Source of the DNA: Paraspadella gotoi
Taxonomy: Eukaryota > Animalia > Chaetognatha
Direction of reading: 5' to 3'
Assembly (NCBI GenBank): GCA_051294375.1
Contig: CM119271.1
Location: 1,544,721 to 1,608,720, forward strand
DNA length: 64,000 bases
In this document: positions 20,255 through 32,400 of the stretch, piece by piece
Layout: each line of letters opens with the position of its first letter
Position numbering within the stretch: the stretch's first letter is position 1
Made by a program: the position numbers and the translations under genes
The notes under the pieces: generated by a model
Seen by the model: only the letters and a program-made list of their open reading frames with translations
Databases searched by the model: none
What the model was told of the DNA's origin: nothing

Positions 20255-22035
20255 ATGTCCGACGACGACGAATTCACGCCGATCCCTTTTAATCAACTTC
20301 CTCTGGCGGACAGATTAGCCAAGGCTCACTCCTGGGATCGGCCCATGAAACAGGCCGTCAAGTGAGTTTCGAATAGATGATGACGCCAATCAGGAGTTTG
20401 TGCTAGAAAGTGTATAGGAACGCTTTTCTAAATGCCCGTGGTCATCGAAATTGTTTAAGGATAATTATGAAAAATATCAGACATTTAGTGAAGATAATAA
20501 TCTGTTTGCTGTAACAGTTCGCTCGGAAATTTAAATTAAAAATCCAAGTTTATGACTATCGGCGAAGAAACACAAATATAAATAATTTAATAACTGAAAT
20601 AAGATGTCAATGACATTTGTTTTTTCTCCGTCAGTTTCATCATCGTGGGTGTCATCGGCATCGTCATTGGCGTCATCTTCGCCATCGTCGGTTTCGCGAA
20701 ACCAGGACATCACGATCCACTCACGTGTCAGTCTTTTTTTTTAATTTGATTTTAACTTTCATTTTAAGTCAAAAAAAGGAGAATTTTTTAGCGACTGCGT
20801 TAGGTTCTACGTAGTTTTAGTTCTCGTTGTCTTGCTGTGCCAACTAAGCGGGTGGCGTCCGGAATTGAGCCGCTCAGTGATTGAGGTTTGAATACAAGTG
20901 TTCTCCGTGGTGATGCGGTTTTAGTCTGAGCACAACCTAATATTAAACTATTTTTACTGTTTTTACAGAATGGCCTTTAGCCATTTTCTCAATTACTACT
21001 TATCTTTCCCGAAAAACATTTAAAAAAATGAACTAATATGAAGTAAATTTTAATGAAGATAAACGACATTAAACTAGTCGCATCTGATAAACCTTTCCTT
21101 TTTCAAAATCTTTATCCTTCCTCACTTCTTCAACTCACTCTCCAGCTCTGGAAACTTACCCGCTCCTGGATCCACTCCCCCTGCAAGGGGTAGGGCTCAT
21201 CATCTTCATCTGCAGCATCGTCCTAATCTGCGTCGCCATCTTCTTTCGTCGATTCCGAAAGTCGATGCTGTATTTGGTCGAGGATCCTGACTACTACATC
21301 AGGTGGAGATTTGTTGTAGTGCTCTGGGATTGGTATGAATAAGTGAATTGTTTAAATTTCATATGTTTTTTTTTATCTGGTCTTGCCATAACAAATAAAA
21401 AAAATTGTTATGCGTTTGAAGACTCGTCCTAAAAATATTTTTTAATATTTGTTATTTTTCTTTAATTTTTATTGCAAGCTAAGTCAAAAAAACTAAATAG
21501 AAGTTAAAGAATCTTTGCCAAAATGATCCCTCTGAAAAACTACATTAAAATTATCCCGAGTGGATTGTTACATGCAATAATGGTGAAAAAAAGGTTAAAA
21601 TTATAAATGCTCCGCATCGGATTTAACCTAATTTTGTTTTAATAGAGAAAGAAAACTGCGAAATATTTTCATCTTTATTCATCCAAAATATATCTGACTG
21701 AAACGAACATATAAAGCATTCCATACAATAAATACAGAAACCCCGGTCAAGTGGCTCGACCTCTCCTTATCTCGAAACGCGGACCGGAATACACGACGGA
21801 GCGACAGCGAGGATTTTTAGAAAGGGAGGCTCCGCCCGCTGAGAGAACTCCGGGTAAAGCCGAGTCTGTCTGTCCATAATCCCTCTAATTTGGATGAGAT
21901 TAAATTTAAATCAGTTGGGGTCAAAATAAATGTTTTAATGTTGTTTTTAATAAAGGAAACTCCTTCACCGAGAAGCCGCCCATGGAAGAGATTGAGCTCG
22001 CGGGCGACGACGGGGCGCCGGGACGCCGGATTTAA
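20255..22035 (+). CDS. Unrecognised 5-exon gene encoding a small two-transmembrane protein
   Basis: Phase-consistent GT-AG exons give MSDDDEFTPIPFNQLPLADRLAKAHSWDRPMKQAV..FIIVGVIGIVIGVIFAIVGF..SGNLPAPGSTPLQGVGLIIFICSIVLICVAIFFRRFRKSMLYLVEDPDYYIR..GNSFTEKPPMEEIELAGDDGAPGRRI*. Confidence 0.7.
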
Positions 22036-23463
22036 AAGCGGCATCGGCAGCGGCGTTCGCTGCGGCGGGGTCGGCAGCAGCCAAAGTCGAATCTTTCGAA
22101 TGTGGCCGAGTGCAAAAGTGATCCGCTTCCAGTTCACCCTTTCTTCACGATGATCACGTGATGATTGATAAGCCTCGTTCACCTTTTAACTTGTTCAATG
22201 TTCATTTGATTACGTATATATGTAAACTAGGTTAGGTTTGAGTTGCTGAATGAGCTCATTGCTTAACGTTAACGTCACGCAAATTCTTAAAATTGAAAAG
22301 TTTTTAGATTTTTGCCGTTTGTTTTTTTCTTTTTTTCAAATTAAAATCACTCATGTATTTTCCCCTCTGCTTGAATTGTATATTTTCTGTATATTTGGTG
22401 TAAAATACAAATTATTTTTTTATTTTGCATTTTCTTTCGTTTTTATTGAACTATGAGTAATTTAGTAATTTTTTGAGAAGTTAGATTTACTAATTTTAGT
22501 AGATCTATTGATTTATTTGCATTTGAGAAACTCTCCAACTGGAAATTTCGTTAGATTTGCGATCCTACTATTTTACGCTAACAATTATTATCATTTTTTA
22601 ATGTTTTATAATTCATACATTATCTTTGCATTTAAAAATTCCATAACTCAAAACACGACTGCAAAACTTTTCTATGAATGAATGTACAATAATAAAATAT
22701 TCCTGCTATAATGTTACCTGAGATGGTTGGCTTAACCTATCTTTGCCTGCCCAAATAAAAAAGCTTATTTATTGAATGAGTGGATAATTTGGATAATTGT
22801 TATAAGGAAATCAATCAATCAAATCCAGTTGATTGTCTCTCAAGATCAAAGCATTCACGCTCTAGCGTCGTGATACCAAAGTAATCTTAGGCCAATTCCT
22901 CCTCCTCTTCCTCCTTTTCCTCCTTATGATAGAACGACCCCGTTGTACCAGCTCCCTACCTCCACCTCTCTTTTTACCCGCCACTACCACCGCCGAAACG
23001 CCGTGGCCCAGTTCTTACTCATTGAGAGTCCAATGTTCGATTTCAAAACCTCTCCATAAAACGAGGTTTCTCCCTCAAAAACGACCCTTCAGATTCGTAG
23101 GATCTGAACTCCTCCGGCCTCTCCGATTGGTCGGTGGGGCGCGGGCGACGTGAGAGAGGTGAAACTCAATCAGCTTCTCGAGTCTTTATAACGAGAGATT
23201 CGACGAAATAGTTTTCCTTTTTCCCTTCGACGCTGGACGGGACAACTCATCTCTTGCCTTTCGGGAGGGAATTCATTTTTAAAAAGGCCGGTGTCTTAGA
23301 CGCTCGTCTTTAAAATAAAATAAAAAAAACTTTAACTTAACTTTAACTTATCAAATGATAACATACTATCAATAAAAAAAGTCAACAAACAAATCCAACG
23401 AACCCAATCTAAAAGAAAACTATTCGATTCCAAATTTAAAAAAAAAAGTTTCGAGACTCCAAA

Positions 23464-26400
23464 ATGCCACCAGTCACCACTTCCACGCCCACCCCTCGCC
23501 CTCCAACCTCCGCCAGTCCCGTCTGGGATGCTATCGAGTCGGCCCTCAAGAGCCGAATCATGTTCTTCGACGGCGGAATGGGCACGATGATCCAGCAAGA
23601 GAGGCTCGATGAGGCGGCCTTTCGCGGCGACCGCTTCCGCGATCATCACAAGTCGCTCAAGGGCAACAACGACATTCTCTCGTTGACCCAACCGGAGACC
23701 ATCTACCGCATTCACCGAGCATACCTCGAGGCGGGCGCGGATTTCGTGGAGACCAACACCTTTAGCGGGACCGTCATCGCGCAGGCGGATTACGGTGGGA
23801 TATTAAATAGTTAAAAAGACTACTCAAAGTACTATTACAGAATTTATGAACTTGGTGCAGCCAATATAAAATTATGGTGCCCTTGACTAGAGAAAGGCTA
23901 AGGTGAATGTTTATTTTGATTTCAAATTGTTATGAATTACGCTTAGGAATAAATTGAAGGCCGAAAATTATTTAAATAGTTTTAAACATTCTTCGATATG
24001 TTCTTTTGTTTAATCTTTTATAAATTGATTTGCCTACTTTGCGTTTATTCTTTCCTTTAATTCATTCTTATTATCGTTGTTTATTCAATCGTTAATTTAT
24101 TTATCTTTTTATTTTTTATTCCTTTCATCCTTTTATTTTTTCATCTTATTAATTCATTCCTCCAATTAATTCCACTCCACCTCTTCAGCCTGCGAGAGCG
24201 CCGTCTACGACATCAACCTAGAATCGGCTCGAGTCGCTCGTCGCGCTTGCGACGACGTCGCCGCCGCCACCGGCGTCCCTCGCTACGTCGCCGGCGCTCT
24301 GGGTCCGACGAACCGCACTCTCTCGATCTCTCCGTCCGTGGAGAATCCCGCCTTCCGCAACGTGACCTTCGATGAGCTCGTCGACGCCTACACTTTGCAG
24401 GCGAAGGGGCTCATGGATGGAGGAGCGGATGTCCTTTTGGTGGAGACGATTTTCGACACGGCCAACGCCAGGTGGGGGGGGGGGCAAGTGGTTGATTGAT
24501 CATTTGATCTCTCTATTGAAACAAAATATGTCAAAATTGGTTAATGAAAATAAAAAAAATATGCTTCAATTTAACTTTATCTTTTGTAATGATCTGTCAA
24601 TCTATAATTGTATATTGTATAATGTACAAATCGTTATGAAGATGAGCAACGAAAAATAATTTAAAAAATGCATCAATCATTCGAAAAAATTATCACTTTG
24701 GCTGCCTTGATCAAATTAAATGACCGCTAAACGGTTGCGCGAATTCAAATTTTAGCCTTGTTATTGTTGTTATCTTACCCGTCGCCCAGGTACCTTTTGT
24801 TCGAGTCGCTAAAATTCCTTCTTCCCTTCAGAGCCGCCCTCTACGCCATCCAAACTCTTTTCGAGTCCGACTACGCCCCCCGCCCCATCTTCGTTTCGGG
24901 CACCATCGTCGACAAGAGCGGGCGCACCCTCTCCGGCCAAACTGGCGAGGCCTTCGTCATTTCCGTCTCTCACGCCCGACCCAAGTGTTTGGGCCTCAAT
25001 TGCGCGTTGGGCGCAACTGAGATGCGTCCCTTCATTGCCGCCATTGCAAAGAACACCCCAGCCTACACCATCTGCTACCCCAACGCGGGTCTGCCCAATA
25101 CTTTCGGCGATTACGACGAGACCCCAGAATCAATGGCCGCCGCCGTCAAGCCTTTCGCCCGCGACGGTCTGCTCAACATCATCGGTGGATGCTGCGGCAC
25201 CACTCCCGATCACATCCGGGCCATCAAGGAGGCCGTGAGCCCGTTCCGCCCGAGGGAGCCGCCCACGGGGCTGTTCGCCGATCATATGCTGTTGTCGGGG
25301 CTGGAGCCGCTGCGGCTGGCGCCCGATTCGCTCTTCATGAACATCGGAGAAAGGTTAGTTGAATCCACTTTGTCGTTATTGTTAATAGCGATAATTTTAC
25401 GTATATTGTTTTTTTTAAACTATTTATATTTTGATTTATATTCCGTGACCCGAAACTTAAGATCCGCCTATGGGATGTTTTACTCTCATTCGACTATTTT
25501 ACCTTGAACCCAGGAATCTTTATTTCGTGTTTTTTTTTTTTTGGTAAATATCTGATACAAATTATGTTACCATTATTACTTAACATTAATCATTAAACTT
25601 GTATAAAACCTCGCCAGGTGCAACGTGGCCGGATCGCGTCGATTTCTCCGTCTAATCAAACAGGACAAATACGACGAGGCGCTCGACGTGGCGAAAGAGC
25701 AAGTGGAGATGGGCGCGCAGGTGCTGGACATCAACATGGACGAGGGGATGCTTGACGGGAAGGCGGCCATGACGCGGTTCCTCAATCTCGTCGCTACGGA
25801 GCCCGACGTCTGCAAAGTTCCTATCTGTATTGATTCGTCCAAATTCGAGGTTTGAGAAGAGAGATTTTATGTTCAAAAATTAATTTAAAAAAAAACAATC
25901 GAATAATTCTATAAATAAATACATTTTCTTATCTACTACTAATTTATTTCAGAATATATTTAAATATAAATTTGTATATTGGAAATTTGATCTTAATTTT
26001 AAGATGACGACTAAATTTGAGAAAGTGCAAAAATTGTTAACGACACTATATTATTACAAAATTCTCGAAAGCCGGGAAAATATAGTGAATCACTATTAGT
26101 GATATTGATTTGTAATAATTTATTGTCGTTTAAAATTTAACTATACTAAATCATTACAAAATTCTCGAAAGCGAGGATAATATATTTATATTGATTCAAG
26201 TTTCATTTATTTTTAAAACTCGTCTCCCGTTTGCTCTTTTGTTCACTTCCTCGCACTCACCAGGTGGTGGAGGCGGGACTGAAGTGCGTCCAGGGTAAAC
26301 CGATCGTCAACAGCATCTCGCTGAAGGAAGGAGAGGCCGACTTCCTGGCCAAAGGAAGGATAATTCAAAAGCACGGAGCCGCAGTCGTCATCATGGCCTT

Positions 26401-29400
26401 CGATGAAAACGGACAGGTGTAATATCAACGAAAACCTGGTGTTGCTCTTGCTGCGTACTGTATTTTTGTTCGAACGATGCTTAAGACAGGTGCCCAAGTT
26501 TATGCATACTACTGTACGACTTTTTAAGCGATGTCATTTTGTCTTGCTATGACCGACAGGTCGCGCGTTTGCGGAATTCTCGAAATTAAAAACAAAAGAT
26601 AATAACACGAAAATGATATTCTGTAAAACCACTGTGGCCCATGGTCCTCGGAAAAAATCGTGAAAAAGTCAAGAAAAAACGCGAATCAGACATAGGATAC
26701 AACCGAACTTGATGAGCGCGAGATTAGGCTTTCCGTATTCCCGGATGAGGGAGGGAGCGCTTGGATTTGCCGGCTCCCATTGGTCGAGCCGGTCACGTGA
26801 CGGCTTCCCCTGGATTTTCTTTTTTCATCTATCGATGTTATTTTGTTCGTTTTTCTTACTCTGATAAACGCGCGATCTATCGACTAGCGCGAACAAAAGG
26901 GCATTTCGTGGCGAGGCGGACCGATATAGAATTAATATTCCATAAAGGAATAAAAAAGATAATAAGAAAAATTCTGTAAAACCACTGTGGCCCATGGTCC
27001 TCGGACCCGCTGTATGAATAAATATAAATACAAATACAAATTATTTTATTTTTAGAATTGTTCTGGGAGACCTTCGTCGCAAAGGATTCAGTCGTTGGTT
27101 TAATTTGATTTTTTATATTAGTTTAAATTAAAAATCATATTTACTTATTTACTTTACAAGTCTAGTAAAAATACTGTAATTTAGTGTAAAAACTGTAAAA
27201 CTCTAAAATTACTGTAAATTATATCCTGAATATTCTTCCCTAAAGGCGGCGACCGAGGACGACAAAGTTCGAATCTGCACTCGAGCTTATCGCCTCCTCG
27301 TCGACCGACTGGACTTCAATCCTTACGACATCATCTTCGATCCGAACATCCTTACCATCGCCACGGGGATGGAGGAGCACGCCGAGTACGCCATCAACTT
27401 CATCGGCGCCACGGAGCGAATCAAGGCGACGCTGCCGGGGCGCGCATCAGCGGGGACTGTCCAATCTTCCTTCTCTTTTCGTGGGAAAGAGGAGATTCGC
27501 GAGGCCATGCATTCGGTGAGAATTGAGCAGGTTTGGGTCCTGTATAAAGATTTCTTGCATTTACCTTTTCATATTAACCTTAACAAGAATAACAAAGTCT
27601 ATTAGATCTCAGCATTTCATGAAAAAAAATAGTGTTTTGTTTGCTACAATCATGAACAATTTCATACTTTTTTGGGAACCACCACTAATTTTTCTTTTAA
27701 ATATTTAAAGTGCCACATTTAGGCTGATCAGATGTCATGATTCATGTCAAGTCAATATTTTTTTTTATTAATAACAAAAACGATATTAACAAAATTGAAT
27801 ACAAAAACAGCAACGGTATAAGACTGAAACCCAACGAAACTTTTTTTTATGAGTAACAGTATCAATAACAAATAAAAATTACTCTGATAAAAATATAACA
27901 TAAAAGAATAACATCAAAATGTAACACATTAGTAAAATGTAATTAGTAAAAGAAATGTTAATAAGAAATTCAAAAGAAACGTTTAAAAAAGTCAATAAGA
28001 AATTCAAAAGAAACGTTTAAAAACGTTAAACGATAAAAATATCAAAAGACTGAAACGTTACGAAATATAAAAAACATTAAAAAAAAAAAAAAATTCACGT
28101 AAAAGGAAAAAAGTAAAAACAAAAAGAAAAACTTTATAAGTGTATTATGTGCAGACAGTGTAATACAAAACATAACAAAACAAAACAAAAAACTATATAT
28201 GCAAATGAGATTAAATTATTTTTTTTTATCGATTCAGGTCTTTCTCTTCTACGCGATCGCCCGCGGAATGGACATGGGCATCGTCAATGCGGGCAACCTC
28301 CCCGTCTACGAAGACATCGACGCCGAACTGAAGACCCTCTGCGACGACGCTATCTGGAATCGCTCGTCGGAATCCACGGAGCGGCTGCTCGCCTACGCGG
28401 AGACGCACGGGAAGGGCGCCAAGAAGACGACGGCCACGGACGAGTGGAGAGGCTTGGGGATTCGCGAACGCCTCGCCCACGCCCTCGTCAAGGGGATCGA
28501 CCAGTATATCGTGGAGGACACGGAAGAGGCCAGGCTGAGTCCGCTCTACCCGCGACCGCTCAACGTGATCGAAGGTCCGCTCATGGACGGAATGAGCACG
28601 GTCGGCGATCTCTTTGGTTCTGGAAAAATGTTTCTTCCTCAGGTTTGTGAAAGGTTACGGTTGGGACGTCGACGACAACGACGACGATTTTCCCACTAAT
28701 GCGATCCTTACAAGCCTGTGACCACAATGTGTCACAAGTTAATTTAACCGACTTAAATTTCCTTGGTCTTTAATTCTCGTTTTTTATTAATTCATCAGTA
28801 ATAAACAAATTTTCACTTCGTTTTAGATTCTAATTTGTAGATTTATATAAATTGATTTATAACTATATGATCCATTTACATCAATTAATTATCGAATTTC
28901 ATCTCATTGTTCGTCTGTTGGTGGAGAGTTGAGGCAGACAATTAATACTAAATAAACGTATTTAATAAGTTAAGTATATAATACTTTTTACCTTCCCCAA
29001 AAGGTGATCAAATCCGCCCGAGTGATGAAGAAGGCCGTCGCCCACCTCATTCCCTTCATGGAGGAGGAGCGCCTCAACAACCTCGTCAACGGGGAGGAGG
29101 AAGAGGAAGACGAGAACGCTCGCTTCGCCGGGACCGTCGTCATGGCGACCGTCAAGGGCGACGTCCACGACATCGGAAAGAACATCGTCGGAGTCGTCCT
29201 CGGCTGCAACAATTTTAAGGTCGTCGATCTCGGCGTCATGGTTCCGTGCGAGAAGATCTTGGAGGCAGCGATGGAGCATAAGGTGGGTTTTAGGAAGGGA
29301 GTGTGCGTGTCAGTGTGCGCGCGTGTGTCAGTATACTTTGGAAGCTTGTTGGACGGGATATTGTTCGGATGATGGAGTCTGTCGTCGGCTCTCAGGAAGT

Positions 29401-32400
29401 AATGAACTATGTTAATTCATAATATTTATAATTATTTACTTAAATTAATGATTATTCAAGGCTGACATCATCGGCCTCTCCGGACTCATCACGCCCTCTC
29501 TCGACGAGATGGTTCACGTCGCCAAAGAAATGGAGCGACTTTCTTTCGATCTACCGCTTCTCATCGGAGGCGCCACAACCTCTAAGGTGAGGACTCGCCT
29601 AATTTTTACGTGGGACGGTCGGCCACGCCCACATTTTATTTTCTACAAATCATTTTAAGTGTTTTATTGTTTTTTTTATTTATTTTTTCTACTAAAAACC
29701 GGTTTTTTTCACATTTTTAATTCAGAAACTAAATTTTTGTTGTATTTTAATAAAAAATAATTGAATTGGTATTTTTTTATTTCTCAATCTTAAAGCAACT
29801 TTGCGTTAAATCGATACTATGCAATGGTACAGCGCGTTAACTTATAAAAAAAGAAAATAATTTAGTTAAATATGCGGTCGCAATTGAAAAATATTTAAGC
29901 AAAAAACAATAACTTGGTTTCAGTAAAAGGACATAAGCGGTTTTTTTTTTATTTTAACCGAGCAAAGAAAAATAAATTAGGATATTCGGATTGGTAATTA
30001 AGTTAAGTTCTTAACCAAAATAAATGTTTGTGCGACCGACTGCAGAGATCGGTTTGAAATGGTGACGCTTCTCCCGGACGGCGGAAGTGTTTGAATAGAT
30101 GTCGCTCTCGGATGACGTGATTCGAGTTTCACTCTAATTCGTCTGGAAAAGAAAATCTAGAAGTGAGANNNNNNNNNNAGCTGATTGAAAATACGAAGTT
30201 TTCACGTTTTACAAGTTATTTTTTGGTTTTTTCAGTTTGATACCGAGTCGTAAAGGTCACCAAAGCTATAGCAACTAGTATATTTATATACATATTTTTA
30301 TTTATTTATATTATTAATTTATATTATTCATATTTTACATTTATATATGATTAAATATTGGTGACATGAAATACAACTACAGAGATTGTAAGTAAAAAAG
30401 CCCATTTAAGTGAAAAAAAATGAAGAGGAGAGAAAAAAAAGGTTTGAAAAAGCATAAGAAATAATCCCACAATCTCACTAGAAACTAGAAACTAAAAACT
30501 CACCCGGACAATCTCCTCGGTAAGCGACGGCGATGACCGTGCCTCGTCGGCACCCGGCCGCACGAATCTCGCACTCGTTCTCGTAAGTGACTCCGTCGGC
30601 GCCGCAAATCGGGTTTCGCTCCTGCCCCGTCGGGCACGAGTCGACGCATGAGACGCAGAGGGCGCGCCGGTAGCTGACGACGCAGGCTTTGTGGGCGGGG
30701 CAGTTGACGCGGGAACAGGAGCCTGGGGGGGGGAGGAGAAGGATGTGAGAGAGAGAGAGAGAGAGAGAGAATGAGAGAGAGAGAAAGAAAGAGAGAATGA
30801 GAGAGAGAGAGAAAGAGAGAAGGCAGCATTGGTTAACTCACTTCGGCATTTTCCGTAGTAGTTGAGACTAACGTTCCTGTTGTAGTGGCAGTTGTGATGC
30901 AAGAGGCTGCATTGGTTGCGGTATGTCTTTCCGTTGCTGCCGCAGACTCTAGTCCGGGGCAGACCCTCGCAGTCTAAACGACAAACGCACTTTTGGCGAT
31001 CGCCCTGCATCTGGCAGACTTTGTTTTCTCCACAATCGATCCCCTCGCACGTTTCTGGAGGAAGAAAAAAATAACAAAAGATTTTGAGTCGAAAAAACAA
31101 AAGAGCAATTATGTTTATATTAAGGCTGAGCTAATCTTACAATATTTTATTTCTGCCTTTTTATATGTAAATTAAAAGGTGGTCACTATGTGAAGATGTG
31201 ATAGTTATGCTTCATATAGTGCAAAAGTCACGAATTTTGGATAAAATTATATTATATTTTTTATATGAAATCTGAATCTGTCATACAAATTTTACTACTT
31301 TTTAAAAAAAATATTTATTTTCCTATAAATATATTATATTTTCTAATTCGGTTACCCTCAGATTTTAAGATTTCTTGTACTTAATAAATCTAATTATCAT
31401 CTGAAATAAAATTTTGTAACCCCGAGAACTCCATTCTCGTATATATAAACTGATCAATCAAGCTAACAATGCCACAAATTTATAATCCCACCTCCCGACG
31501 GTCTTACTTCTGCAGGAGCGGCAGCGCGGGGCGCCGCCGTAGTGTCGCAGCGCGTTGTAGCGGAAAAAGGCAGCGTCGTCGAACGTCTCGTCGCTGAAGG
31601 CGAGCACGCCGTTGGTTCCGATCTCCGAGCAACACTCCTCCATGGTCGTGTTGGCGCGCGAGAGGCCTTGGCAGCTCCCGTCCGTTCGGACTGAGTGCCA
31701 ACAGCTTCCCGCTGGCGGAAGTTGATGAAAATTGGGAGTCAGGAAATGAGAAAGAAAGAATGAAAGAAAAAGACGAAGGTAGAGAGTAAAAAAACGGACA
31801 TTTTAAAACATTTTTCAGAATAAAAGAATGAAAGAGCTGAAAGAAAAATAAATAAATAAAGAAAGAAAAAAAAGGGCATATGTGGCATAACTGCCACACA
31901 TTTTCAAATATTTTCGGGAATGAAAATAGCGAAAAAAAGAAAGAAAGAAAGGGAGAAAAAAAAGAAGCTGTTTTTCAAACTTACCCGAGGTGGGTGCTGC
32001 AATGGCGAAGACGAGGGTAAGAAAGGCGGCGAAATAGATTGAAGGAGACATTTTTTATGTTTTATTCGTTGTTTGTTATTTAATTCGAAATTTAAGTTTT
32101 AAATTAAAAAAAAAGTGTAAAAGAGGAAAAGTTGAGTCGTTAAGAAGTTTTATAGAAAACTGAAGGTTAATGATTTTTATAAAAAGTTTTTCAAAAAAAA
32201 AAAATTATATTCTGAAGGGAAACCGAAAGACTAATTTTATGTTTTAATTTCTTATTTCCCTGTGACGATCCGCGAATGATTTTTGTCAAGAGCGCGAATA
32301 ACTCGCAGAGGGAACCGTTGCCTTTAAATACCTGAAAAGCTGAAGGTCATTTTGAAATCTCCGTCGGCGTCTTATTGCCCAACGCCGTTGTCGTCAACGC

